From: Spirochaetia bacterium
GTDB lineage: Bacteria; Spirochaetota; Spirochaetia; CAKZLE01
Length of the DNA stretch: 64,000 nt
Reading direction: 5' to 3'
Assembly (NCBI GenBank): GCA_021736385.1
Contig: JAIPFY010000008.1
Location: forward strand, 188 to 64,187
Shown: in pieces, positions 39,813-49,555 of the stretch
Numbering within the stretch: position 1 is the stretch's first letter
How the letters are laid out: each line of letters opens with the position of its first letter
Program-made: the position numbers and the translations under genes
The notes under the pieces: generated by a model
What the model was told of the DNA's origin: nothing
Database searches by the model: none
What the model saw: the letters and a program-made list of their open reading frames with translations, nothing else

Positions 39813-42446
39813 TCACTTTGAGACGATGGTCAACACATCACCGGATTCCAGCTTCAAGGTATCGGAAAATGAGATCTTACCAGATTCGATATATGAATGT
39901 ACCAGTTCACTGTTCAGCTCTACTGTGACATCGTCTGAAGAACAGGGGAGACCAAGGGTCTTCAGCTTCAGACCGCCACCTGTCACTGTGATAGTCCAAT
40001 CTTCCTCTATTCGCGATACACCTCCCCAGCCGGTGCTGAAGCTCCACAAGAATGAACAATCCCCAGAAGGGATAGGGTCGAAAGAGATATGATGCGTTCT
40101 GGCATCATAGGAAAACCCTGAGAACGTTAGCAACAAAGCATAACTGGCCATGGACCGTGCATAATTACTGCCACACTCTATCTCATTCCATGGATTTCTC
40201 TTATATCCATCATACCGATCTCGAATCCCACTTACGATACTCAAACCCTCTTCGTAAAGACCTCTTCGTATCATCAGATCCGCAGCTGCATATTCAAATC
40301 CATGCATGGTCTCCTGAGAATACGGTACAGGTATTGCCGGACGCTCTACACCCTCCGGCCAGGAACAGATCACTATTCCCGCCTCATCATTCAGGCAGTA
40401 GATTCTGCAGGGGTTGTACGAGTCTCGCATATGTTCACGGAAGTTATACTTATATATCGAACGAAGTGCTGTTTTGCATTTCTCTTCCTCAAAGATACTA
40501 CCTAACCCATAGATATCAGCATGCCACTGACCAAGCATCTGATCCAACGCTACACCTTGTCCCATCTGATACTTCAGCTCCTGATGTTCATCACTGTAAT
40601 ACACATCATATAGCGATCCACCTTCATTCACCAGATTATACTGATCTTTTGACGCATACGGATCCAGTATCCCACGATCTGAAAGATCGATATCCTGGAT
40701 GAAATATTCACCATTGAACAATCGGGTATTTAGGATCTCTACCCCACGAGAGAATACCATCGAGAATTCTTCTGCTGCCTGTCTATCTGCAAGAGCTTCT
40801 GCCATCTCAGCGGCAGCTTTCAAAGCTCCCAGATACATACCTGAAAGCCATGCATTCGCTCCAAAGAGTTCCATATCCAGTGTGTGATGCTGTCTCCCGG
40901 AGATAACGCCTGATCGTTCAGGATCCCATTGATCAACATTATCAGCTGACCAGGCAAATGCCACAGAGGCTTTCACCCTTGGCCACAACTTCTTGAGCCA
41001 AGCATCATCTCCGCATATCTTCCATTCTCGATACGTCTTCATAACAGTAGCCATTTGTCCATCGACCGCAGGTCGAAAGTGCCAGCGGGGAGCACCCATT
41101 GGCAGCATGAGCCTGAATGTAAGACTACCGTCCTCTGCCCAGTTATATCGATACTCAGCCTCTCTCATTCCCCTTGCAAGGGATGGAAACAGAAAAGGCA
41201 ACACCTGAGCATACCCCCAAACGTGTGTGCAGGATCCTTCACAGGAACCTTCGCTCACGCCAACGCCTTCCCATCCGTACAGCGTACCATCCTCGAGTCG
41301 CCATACTGTAGGACTCTTCAGAATCGAGACATTTGCAGAAACTGCATCAAGAGCAGCATCGGGAAGTGTCGATGCGAACAACATATCAGTATAGGCCTTT
41401 GTCCCCGCATAGAGAGTATCCCAATTTCTCAGGGCATATGAGGAGGAATCAAGTGAATCCTCCCATAGTACCGCATAATAGTTCTTCCAGCTCTTAGACA
41501 TCCATGTCAGTTCTTCTTCAGTATAGTCAGTAGACCTGCCTGCCGTCATCCTGCCCCATGTATTCTTATTGTTCGGATGATTCCACGATAGAACAAAGCG
41601 TACCGTGCGGCTTTCTCCCGGTTCAAGTCGGATATGTGCAGACATCAACGCATGATCTCTGATGGTCCGATCTGCAGGTTCATACGTCCTCTGGATAAAA
41701 GGTCCTTTGTGTAGAGTATCCTTCCAGTAGACTTCCAGAGCATCGAACCACTCACCTCGATACAGATACTCTTGATACGATACATCTTCTGCATCAGTCG
41801 CCAGGCAAAGGTCCCCCGATGCAACATCATCTGGATCACGATCAACGGAGTCTAACGTCAGTGAAGAGTTGCCTTGCTGATGTATGAACCTGTTTCTGGT
41901 TCTACCGGTATAAGGATTACCCACTACTCCGGTAATATAATAATCCAGCGGTCTGTCCTGATCATTCGTCACTTCGTATGAAAAAAATGCTGCGGGTATG
42001 CTGCTATTATCTGGTTGATGTGGAATAAGCGGATTGAACGCCTCTACCGATACCAATCCCGGGAATTGAGGATCATCGAACTCGATCTTTGCAATCGGAT
42101 AAGTACCGTTAAAAGTATTTGAACGGAAATGGGGCATCCCAGCCAAAGTCTCTCGCAAAGGGCCCCATCCGAACCCCTCATAGAACGAAGGTCTTCCCAT
42201 CTCTCCGGTGAACGGAGGCAATTGATCACCCTGCAGTATTCGTGCATCAAGCACTTGCTCAGAATCCTCTACCTTGATCGCGAAATGAGTCAGACCGTTA
42301 TAGCGACCTTTTGCGGGACGATTGAAGATCTCCCAGTCATTGAGATGACCATTGCCAGCTAATCCTATACAGCCGCTACCAATCCCTCCCAATGGAAACG
42401 ATATTGCAGATTGATGATCATCTGAATAGTTGAATGTATGTTTCAT
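39813..42446 (-). CDS. GH116 family glycoside hydrolase
   Basis: FPLGGIGSG N-terminus, FNPLIP...SSIP, GWEG...CTHVW.Y, HHTLDME, RNPWNEIECG..YAR. Confidence 0.88.
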   Translation of the reverse strand: MKHTFNYSDDHQSAISFPLGGIGSGCIGLAGNGHLNDWEIFNRPAKGRYNGLTHFAIKVEDSEQVLDARILQGDQLPPFTGEMGRPSFYEGFGWGPLRETLAGMPHFRSNTFNGTYPIAKIEFDDPQFPGLVSVEAFNPLIPHQPDNSSIPAAFFSYEVTNDQDRPLDYYITGVVGNPYTGRTRNRFIHQQGNSSLTLDSVDRDPDDVASGDLCLATDAEDVSYQEYLYRGEWFDALEVYWKDTLHKGPFIQRTYEPADRTIRDHALMSAHIRLEPGESRTVRFVLSWNHPNNKNTWGRMTAGRSTDYTEEELTWMSKSWKNYYAVLWEDSLDSSSYALRNWDTLYAGTKAYTDMLFASTLPDAALDAVSANVSILKSPTVWRLEDGTLYGWEGVGVSEGSCEGSCTHVWGYAQVLPFLFPSLARGMREAEYRYNWAEDGSLTFRLMLPMGAPRWHFRPAVDGQMATVMKTYREWKICGDDAWLKKLWPRVKASVAFAWSADNVDQWDPERSGVISGRQHHTLDMELFGANAWLSGMYLGALKAAAEMAEALADRQAAEEFSMVFSRGVEILNTRLFNGEYFIQDIDLSDRGILDPYASKDQYNLVNEGGSLYDVYYSDEHQELKYQMGQGVALDQMLGQWHADIYGLGSIFEEEKCKTALRSIYKYNFREHMRDSYNPCRIYCLNDEAGIVICSWPEGVERPAIPVPYSQETMHGFEYAAADLMIRRGLYEEGLSIVSGIRDRYDGYKRNPWNEIECGSNYARSMASYALLLTFSGFSYDARTHHISFDPIPSGDCSFLWSFSTGWGGVSRIEEDWTITVTGGGLKLKTLGLPCSSDDVTVELNSELVHSYIESGKISFSDTLKLESGDVLTIVSK

Positions 42447-42469
42447 AGTAACTCCTAATTTATGTATTA

Positions 42470-43318
42470 TCAGCCCTTGATACCGCCTGCGGCGGTGCCT
42501 TCGATAATGTACTTTTGCCCGAATGCATACAGCAAGGCAGGGGGAATAATGGAAAGGACAACTCCGGCTAGAATCACAGAAGTACTGCCATTACCCATAA
42601 ACCCATTCAGAGTATAGAGACCGAGAGGAAGTGTCATATAGCGCTGACTGGTAATAAATATCAATGGTCTGAAAAAGTCATTCCATACCAAAAGAAAATG
42701 CATGATCCCTGCAACAGCAAGTGAAGAACGCACCATTGGCAGAATGATCTGAAAGAAGATTGTGAATCGTCCAGCCCCATCCATATAGGCAGCCTCATCA
42801 TAGCTTAATGGTATCGTAGCCATAAACTGTCTCAGGAGAAACACAGCAAGAGGAAAGACCATATTGGGGAGAATAAGAGCATACAGGGAGTCATACAGAC
42901 CGATCTTGCTCATCATGATGAAGAGAGGGATGATGGTCACCTGTGCCGGGACCATCATTCCTGCAAGAATAAGCAGAAGGACCATCTGTGCTCCTTTGAA
43001 GGGGATTCGAACCAGCGCAAAAGCAGCCATGGCAGAGAAGAACAGCTGAATACACATAGCAACAAAGGCAACGGTAAAGCTATTTATAAAGAACTTGAAA
43101 AACGGCAGCGTGGTAAACACTTTCCCATAGTTTGACCAGAGTAAGGGCAGCTTGGGTATCAGAGAAGGCGGTAATCGAAGAGATTCCTGAGGTACCCTCA
43201 AAGATGTTGCGAACATCCACATCAAAGGAAGAAGGACTAATACTCCCACAAGGACTGCTACTGCAAAGGTAATCAGCTGTTTTGGAGAGCTGAACTTATT
43301 TCGTATGTTAATAATCAT
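42470..43318 (-). CDS. carbohydrate ABC permease (MalG-type)
   Basis: IP.SYDEAAYMDGA, WNDFFRP; start uncertain (43318 chosen, overlapping the upstream stop). Confidence 0.9.
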   Translation of the reverse strand: MIINIRNKFSSPKQLITFAVAVLVGVLVLLPLMWMFATSLRVPQESLRLPPSLIPKLPLLWSNYGKVFTTLPFFKFFINSFTVAFVAMCIQLFFSAMAAFALVRIPFKGAQMVLLLILAGMMVPAQVTIIPLFIMMSKIGLYDSLYALILPNMVFPLAVFLLRQFMATIPLSYDEAAYMDGAGRFTIFFQIILPMVRSSLAVAGIMHFLLVWNDFFRPLIFITSQRYMTLPLGLYTLNGFMGNGSTSVILAGVVLSIIPPALLYAFGQKYIIEGTAAGGIKG

Positions 43319-44183
43319 AGTTGACCCACTTTTTCGATACATTCAGCTGAATCAGGGTAAACACCGCCAGAAGTACAAAGAGACTGATTGCTATGGCAGA
43401 TGAATAACCAAAATTGAATTCCCGGTAAGCTGTCTCATAGATATACAGGTTCAACGTCCTGGTTGCATCACCGGGACCTCCACCCGTCAAAAAGAACGGC
43501 TCATCAAAGATCTGAGAAGAAGCTATAAACAGATTCAGTACGACAAAGAAAATAGTCGGAGTCAGCAGAGGGAACGTAATATGTTTGAACACGGTAAAAG
43601 GGTTCGCACCGTCGATCCGTGCAGCCTCATAATAGGTGATCGGGATGTTTCCCAATCCTATGTAAAAATACAGAAAGGCATTTCCTGCAAATTTCCATAA
43701 ACTGAAGATAGCAATCGTACCATACACCCAAAACGGATCGTTCAGCCAGGGAATAGCATCAACACCAACCTGTGAAAGAAAATAGTTAATGATCCCCAAA
43801 TCTTTATTGAAAATATATCTCCATGCTATCGCAACTGAGGCCGTCGTAAGAATACAGGGAAAATAGTAGAGAAACCGAAATACATGCTGGGTTCCATGTG
43901 CCAGAGAACGTACCAGCAGCGCAAGGAAAAGACCGAAGACCGTATGCATCGTCACAAGCATAACAACAAGTTTCAAAGTGTTCGCATAGATCTTCGGTGT
44001 CCTGGAATAGGTAAACAGTCGAGTGAAGTTCTTAAGGCCGACAAATTCAGAAGCTGAGATTATATCATACTTGGTGAATGCCAGATAAAAACAGAACAGT
44101 ATTGGTATATAGAGAAATAACACATAGGTGAGAAATGTCGGTCCTAGAAAGATCAATGCATCTTTTTTATTAGATTGTTTCAT
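43308..44183 (-). CDS. carbohydrate ABC permease (MalF-type)
   Basis: IP.TYYEAARIDGA, TGGGP. Confidence 0.93.
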   Translation of the reverse strand: MKQSNKKDALIFLGPTFLTYVLFLYIPILFCFYLAFTKYDIISASEFVGLKNFTRLFTYSRTPKIYANTLKLVVMLVTMHTVFGLFLALLVRSLAHGTQHVFRFLYYFPCILTTASVAIAWRYIFNKDLGIINYFLSQVGVDAIPWLNDPFWVYGTIAIFSLWKFAGNAFLYFYIGLGNIPITYYEAARIDGANPFTVFKHITFPLLTPTIFFVVLNLFIASSQIFDEPFFLTGGGPGDATRTLNLYIYETAYREFNFGYSSAIAISLFVLLAVFTLIQLNVSKKWVNYDY

Positions 44184-44200
44184 ACCTGAACTCCAAGATG

Positions 44201-44239
44201 TTCATCCGGGCTCGTTCGTCTACGAATAGCCCGGATGAA
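44201..44239. terminator. intercistronic stem-loop downstream of the SBP gene
   Basis: 12-bp outer stem TTCATCCGGGCT/AGCCCGGATGAA plus inner TTCGT/ACGAA. Confidence 0.65.
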
Positions 44240-44249
44240 GAACTGTTCG

Positions 44250-45539
44250 TTATCGTGCGAGGACCTCATTGAGTTCATCATCAGCACTTGCTAGGATTGC
44301 TTTTACATCGGCATTCGGATCAGACATCATGCGGTTGAACATCCTGTCAACAACCTGCTGTACCTCGGGATACTTACTGGGGGACTGGACAACACGAGCA
44401 GTATCCGCAGAGAGCCTGTATAAGGTGCTGTTCTCCGGTGGATTAGCCGGCAGGACTTCATCCATGACTGAGATCCTCGAAGGTATGGAGAATGAGTTCA
44501 GATACGTATTCTGTGAATGCCGGCCACTAAGCCAGGAAGAGAGCACATATGCTTCTTCAGGATATTTCGAGCTGGTCATCACAGGGAACATCCCTACTCC
44601 GAATATTACTTCATTAGTCCTGAATGTCGGTACATACTGGATATCGAAATTCAGTCCTGCATCTACATAGGAAGGCACTGGCCATCGTCCACCGAATGTC
44701 ATGGCTACCTGTCGGTTTGTCATAAAGGGAATGAACTGATCCCCAGGAGCTGGGACCGGAGCAACTTTATGTGTATATACAAGATCATGCATGAACGTAA
44801 AAGCTTCGATAGATTCAGGAGTACTCAATGCTCCCTTGGTCATATCATCCGAAAGTACAGCTGCCCCGAAGTTATACAACCACGCTTCGATCGAAAAATA
44901 GATATTGGGTATATATACACCGTAGGTCATCTGGCCGTCTTTCATCCCTGTAAGTGCTTTTGCATATTGCAGGAACTGGTCTTTTCCCCAGTCAGCATCT
45001 GGGAATGGCAACCCGGCTTCTTCGAGCATGTCCAGGTTGATATGGGTGACAATATTGTTCCAATCCCATCCAAAACCATAGATGTCACCATCGATCACAC
45101 AGGCTTCTTGAAGTCGTGGGTGAATATCTTCATAATTCTCAACATACTGAGGATATTCCTCTATATAAGAATTCAACGGCAAAGCCAGATTAGATTCATG
45201 AAGAACTTGAAAGCCTTCAACTGCTACACGTACAACATCAGGAGAATTCCCACTTGCAACCATCGTCTTGATCTTAGTAAAATAAGCTCCCCAACCGCCC
45301 TCGCCCATGGGCAGCCAGATATCATCGATCTTGATATTTGGATATTCCTTGTTGAAATCCTTTTTCAGATCCTGCATCCACTCCTGTTGCTCAGCGTTAC
45401 CCTCCATCACCAGTTGCAGAGTCACTTCCCTGCTAGCAAATGGCACATCCTCCGTAGATTGAGCCTCTTCTTTGCCTCCTGAAGCGAACAAAGCACATGT
45501 TGAAAGGATCAGCACCATAATAAGAACACCTTTTTTCAT
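44250..45539 (-). CDS. carbohydrate ABC substrate-binding protein
   Basis: Signal peptide ASGGKEE, ASGNSPDV, AMTFGGRW. Confidence 0.9.
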   Translation of the reverse strand: MKKGVLIMVLILSTCALFASGGKEEAQSTEDVPFASREVTLQLVMEGNAEQQEWMQDLKKDFNKEYPNIKIDDIWLPMGEGGWGAYFTKIKTMVASGNSPDVVRVAVEGFQVLHESNLALPLNSYIEEYPQYVENYEDIHPRLQEACVIDGDIYGFGWDWNNIVTHINLDMLEEAGLPFPDADWGKDQFLQYAKALTGMKDGQMTYGVYIPNIYFSIEAWLYNFGAAVLSDDMTKGALSTPESIEAFTFMHDLVYTHKVAPVPAPGDQFIPFMTNRQVAMTFGGRWPVPSYVDAGLNFDIQYVPTFRTNEVIFGVGMFPVMTSSKYPEEAYVLSSWLSGRHSQNTYLNSFSIPSRISVMDEVLPANPPENSTLYRLSADTARVVQSPSKYPEVQQVVDRMFNRMMSDPNADVKAILASADDELNEVLAR

Positions 45540-45590
45540 CTTGGACCTCCATTAATAATCTTGAAATAACATGTTGGTCATGCTATTATT

Positions 45591-45632
45591 GTACCGTAAT
45601 CGGGACCGGTAGCGGTACCGGTATCGGTTACG
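45591..45632. promoter_or_regulatory. candidate LacI operator array (seven tandem CG-ending hexamers)
   Basis: GTACCG TAATCG GGACCG GTAGCG GTACCG GTATCG GTTACG in an AT-rich divergent promoter region. Confidence 0.6.
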
Positions 45633-45752
45633 AACATATTAAGTCAGATGATTAGCGTTGTCAAGTTTATAATTGAAAGGATAACCGATCAGTTTCCAGA
45701 TGCAAATCATCGAAGATATGATAAGATAAAAACGTTTTCAGAGGAGTATGAG

Positions 45753-46727
45753 ATGATTACGGTTAAGGAATTAGCAAAACTGTGCAATTGCTCTGTAGCT
45801 ACAGTGAATCGAGCACTCAACGATAGACCCGATATAAACAACCAGACCAAAGAAAGAATCAAGCAAGTCGCAAAAGAACATGGATACAGACCTCACTTCA
45901 TTGCACGGAGTCTTGCAACCGGGAATACCAATATCATAGGGCTGATCGTTCTGGATATAAAGAACCCATTCTTTGAGCACATCATCGACTATCTGAACCA
46001 ACGATTACTCGAAAGAGGCTATTCATTACATCTTGGTATCATGGACGGATCACCGGAATCTGAATACAGAGTCTTTGAGCAGTTGGCATATATGAAGGTC
46101 GATGGTATCATACACGTCCCTCTCAATGTGGGTGATGCGTATAAAACATATCTGAAACAACTGCATATACCTCTTGTCCATCTATGCAACTGGTACGATG
46201 ATGAATTTCCCTTTGTAGGTGTAGAAGAATCTCAGATCATCGCTGAAGCGGTACAGCACATACAGCAGGCAGGATATACAGAACTCATCTACGTCAGTCC
46301 TCCTCTGCGGTATAAAGGCAGTCGAAATCTCTATACGTTAGAAGAACGGCTCAAGGGTGTCCAGGATTCGATCGGAGATATGAAGCTGCACGTGCTAGAT
46401 ACCAAAGACTACCTGCAGAAGAGTATCGAATTAGTCAGCCAATCGCATGAAAGATCCTGCTTCCTCTGCTCAAGTGATATCTTCGCACTAGATATTATGA
46501 CACAGATGCGTGCTCTTGATATGACCCCGCCGAAGGACTACGGCATCATAGGATTTGATAACATAACCTTCCTGAAGCATATTTCTCCAAGACTCACTAC
46601 GATAGCTTATCCTGTTGAAGAATTGATCGATCATGCTCTTGAAGAGTTGCTGCTTATGATCCAAGGTAAACAATGTATAAGCAAACATATACTTAAGGCA
46701 CATTTCATTCCTGGAGAGACTATATGA
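45753..46727 (+). CDS. LacI family transcriptional regulator
   Basis: MITVKELAK..CSVATVNRALN; IIGFDN; PRLTTI; start reset behind GAGGAG. Confidence 0.93.
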   Translation: MITVKELAKLCNCSVATVNRALNDRPDINNQTKERIKQVAKEHGYRPHFIARSLATGNTNIIGLIVLDIKNPFFEHIIDYLNQRLLERGYSLHLGIMDGSPESEYRVFEQLAYMKVDGIIHVPLNVGDAYKTYLKQLHIPLVHLCNWYDDEFPFVGVEESQIIAEAVQHIQQAGYTELIYVSPPLRYKGSRNLYTLEERLKGVQDSIGDMKLHVLDTKDYLQKSIELVSQSHERSCFLCSSDIFALDIMTQMRALDMTPPKDYGIIGFDNITFLKHISPRLTTIAYPVEELIDHALEELLLMIQGKQCISKHILKAHFIPGETI

Positions 46728-46792
46728 CCTCTGTTCATCTGCTGCTGTCTGAACACCGGCTGTGAACGGACTGCTGCAGATCATCTGAGGAT

Positions 46793-46820
46793 TTGACAAG
46801 GTTCGACTTTTCGGTAGAAT
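46793..46820 (+). promoter_or_regulatory. sigma70 promoter, probably leaderless transcript
   Basis: TTGACA, 16 bp, TAGAAT; ATG 7 nt downstream, no SD. Confidence 0.65.
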
Positions 46821-46827
46821 ACATCTC

Positions 46828-47454
46828 ATGAACTATACACAAGAGAAAGCGTACACCGCAGAGATCATGAGACGTCTCTATGCACGGAACCTGACCACCT
46901 GTTCAGGCGGGAACATCAGCATGAGGGTCTCGCAGGAGAAGATTCTGATCACACCATCCTCCCTGGACAAGGGTACCCTCGATGGGGAACACATAGCGAT
47001 CGTGACAGTTGACGGCACGAACTTGAGTCCAGATCTCAAGACGAGTATCGAGACAGAGATGCATCTGGAGATCTACCGGAACCGACCGGATGTCATGGCA
47101 GTAGTCCATGCCCACCCGGTCTACGCCAGTCTCTTCACAGCGATAGACCGCAGGATCAGGACCGACATCCTCGCTGAGGCGCGTTATCTCCTGGGTGAAC
47201 CGGTATTCGCCCCCTACGCCCTCATGGGGACCAGAGGACTTGCCGAGTCAGTAGGTGCAGCGCTTGCCGATACCTCTGTCAAAGTCGCACTGATGGAGAA
47301 CCACGGGGTCATCACGGTGGGAACGAGTCTCTTTCAGGCCTATGACCGCATCGAGGTCCTGGAGGCGGCAGCCAAGATGACGCTGCTCGGAGAGCTCGCA
47401 GGCGGGATCAATACTCTGGATGCTGCACAACTGGCAGCGATCGATGCCCTGTAG
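46828..47454 (+). CDS. class II aldolase/adducin family (FucA/Ald2-like)
   Basis: GGNISMR, ITPS, SIE..MH, VVHAHP, MENHG zinc ligands. Confidence 0.92.
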   Translation: MNYTQEKAYTAEIMRRLYARNLTTCSGGNISMRVSQEKILITPSSLDKGTLDGEHIAIVTVDGTNLSPDLKTSIETEMHLEIYRNRPDVMAVVHAHPVYASLFTAIDRRIRTDILAEARYLLGEPVFAPYALMGTRGLAESVGAALADTSVKVALMENHGVITVGTSLFQAYDRIEVLEAAAKMTLLGELAGGINTLDAAQLAAIDAL

Positions 47455-47456
47455 GA

Positions 47457-48353
47457 TCACCCCGCTCCCCGCTTCCTGACCTCAGAGGGACTCGCCCCGA
47501 ACCTGCGCCGGAACTGCCGGTTGAAGTGACTCAGGTCCGAGAAGCCCGATGCCGCGGCGATCGATACGATCTTCTCCTGAGAGGTCCGTATCAGATACAT
47601 CGCATGCTGCAGCTTCCGATCAGCGGCATAGCCGAAGAGCGTCTTGCCGGTATAGGCCTTGAACCGGCGGCACAGATACGTGGGAGAGAACCCGAACGAT
47701 GCAGCAAGGGTATCAAGGGATGGCAGCTCTGCGAACTCAGCATCGATGAACAGACGCAGCTCCTCGATCCTCTGCAGGGCATCCTGATCAGAGGAGCTCC
47801 TCTGAGCTCCGAGGGCAGCCTCTGAGGGCTTATCATGCTCATAGGCACGGCTCACCCGGGTGAGCACCAGCTGCACATACCGATACATCGCATCTTCATA
47901 CCCCGCCTGTTTCAACCGTACCTCTTCAGCGGCAAGACGCAGCAGCAGTGCTGTATCAGCAGCCCCTTCGGTCCTGATCAGGTGGACCCGGTTCTGGTTA
48001 TGGACCAGAGAGGGGTGGAGCTGACAGACTTCATAGAGGAATGCTGAGAGACAGGGCGGCTGATCGTGGAAGGGAAATCGTCTCAGATCGATGTAGATGT
48101 TATAGAGCTCACAGCCTGAGGCTGTGAGCTTATGACTCTGACCATAGTTGATGATACTGAAATCACCGGTACGCATACGGTAGGAGTACCTGCCGATCCG
48201 GTGATCGAGCTCCCCGGAGGCAACATAGAGCATCTCGACGAACCGGTGTGCATGCTGCTGCGGGCAGGTGCTGCCGGTGACATGAGGAAAATACTCGATC
48301 CCTATACCCGACTGCCCCATCTGCTGCAGCGGCTGTGAAATGATCTCGTCCAT
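47457..48353 (-). CDS. AraC family transcriptional regulator
   Basis: N-terminal cupin HAH.F.EM; C-terminal YLCRRFK, SGFSDLSHFNRQF. Confidence 0.93.
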   Translation of the reverse strand: MDEIISQPLQQMGQSGIGIEYFPHVTGSTCPQQHAHRFVEMLYVASGELDHRIGRYSYRMRTGDFSIINYGQSHKLTASGCELYNIYIDLRRFPFHDQPPCLSAFLYEVCQLHPSLVHNQNRVHLIRTEGAADTALLLRLAAEEVRLKQAGYEDAMYRYVQLVLTRVSRAYEHDKPSEAALGAQRSSSDQDALQRIEELRLFIDAEFAELPSLDTLAASFGFSPTYLCRRFKAYTGKTLFGYAADRKLQHAMYLIRTSQEKIVSIAAASGFSDLSHFNRQFRRRFGASPSEVRKRGAG

Positions 48354-48473
48354 GCGACAACTATATCATATAAAAAGATAATATACGCTAAGTTTTTACA
48401 GGAATCTTGTTCTATCATAGCGAAAAGCTGTCAGAAGACCGCTGCATCCCGATGCAAGAACATGAGGTACCTT

Positions 48474-49418
48474 ATGCAGTCACGAGAACGAACGACCAGA
48501 ACCATACGACGACAGAAGACAGACCGCATGCCCCTCTACGGATGGGTATCTGAGAACATGAGCGAACAGATCAGCGAGGCCTTCGGCTCTGTTGCCGCCT
48601 TCGAAGACCACTACGAATTCGACCTGGCCCACCTCTTCGGAGGACCGCAGCCGATGGAGCTGCAGGGTACAGAAGAGCTGGGACCCTCTGACCTGCTCGA
48701 GCTGAGCATGACAGATCCCGATGACCCGGCACCCTATGCCGATCTGATCGCCCAGATCGATCACCACCGTCAGAGGGACCGATTCCTCTATGTACAGACC
48801 CCGGGGATCCTGGAACAGTACAACACCTACTTCGGTATCGAGAACCACCTGATGTATCTGCTGCTCTACCCGGAACTCATGCATGAGATCTATGCCCGTC
48901 AGGTCACCTGGACCAGGCGCTTTCTCAACAACTGCCTCGACCTGGGTATCGACATGATCCACGTCTCTGATGACTGGGGCAGTCAGCAGAGCCTGCTGAT
49001 CAGCCCTGATCACTGGAGGAGCATGATCTTCCCCTATCACAAGCAGATCACAGCAGCTGTTGCCGAACGCGGGGCTTTCGCCAGCCTCCACTCCGATGGG
49101 AACATCACCTCGGTCCTCGATGGCATCAGAGAACTCGGCTATGATGTGATCCATCCCTTTCAGGAATCTGCCGGTATGAGCTATGCACAGTACCAGCAGC
49201 ACTATGCCCAAGATTTCATCCTCATGGGTGGCATCGATATACAGACCACCCTCGGCTTCGGTAAGATCGATCTGCTGAAGAGAGAGATCGAACGGGTCGT
49301 TGACACCTTCAGAAACGGTGGCCTGATCCTGTGCACCTCCCACTTCGTACAGGACCACTGCACTATCGAAGAGCTCATCACCGCATATGATACTGCCTAT
49401 GCCCTGATCAGGGCATAG
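48474..49418 (+). CDS. uroporphyrinogen decarboxylase/MtaA-CmuA superfamily protein
   Basis: DRMP, DDWGSQ.SLLISP, LHSDG, GGIDIQ, GGLILCTSH. Confidence 0.85.
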   Translation: MQSRERTTRTIRRQKTDRMPLYGWVSENMSEQISEAFGSVAAFEDHYEFDLAHLFGGPQPMELQGTEELGPSDLLELSMTDPDDPAPYADLIAQIDHHRQRDRFLYVQTPGILEQYNTYFGIENHLMYLLLYPELMHEIYARQVTWTRRFLNNCLDLGIDMIHVSDDWGSQQSLLISPDHWRSMIFPYHKQITAAVAERGAFASLHSDGNITSVLDGIRELGYDVIHPFQESAGMSYAQYQQHYAQDFILMGGIDIQTTLGFGKIDLLKREIERVVDTFRNGGLILCTSHFVQDHCTIEELITAYDTAYALIRA

Positions 49419-49555
49419 CACCGGAACAGAAGCTTGCAGCAGGCATGGTTTTGTTCTGTATCGTACATGCGGTATAGAACAGAACCATGATACCCTGTAC
49501 AGAGGAAGAGGGTACCAAGACCTCAGGACTCTCTGATGCCAATAAGGAGACAACC

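Noticed and set aside
45591-45632. CRISPR or microsatellite interpretation of the hexamer array
   Set aside because: No spacers or cas genes; units are degenerate and sit in a promoter region.
48480-49553. 357-aa minus-strand ORF (similarly 44517-45482 and 50333-51139)
   Set aside because: Antisense to well-supported genes with no recognisable domain.
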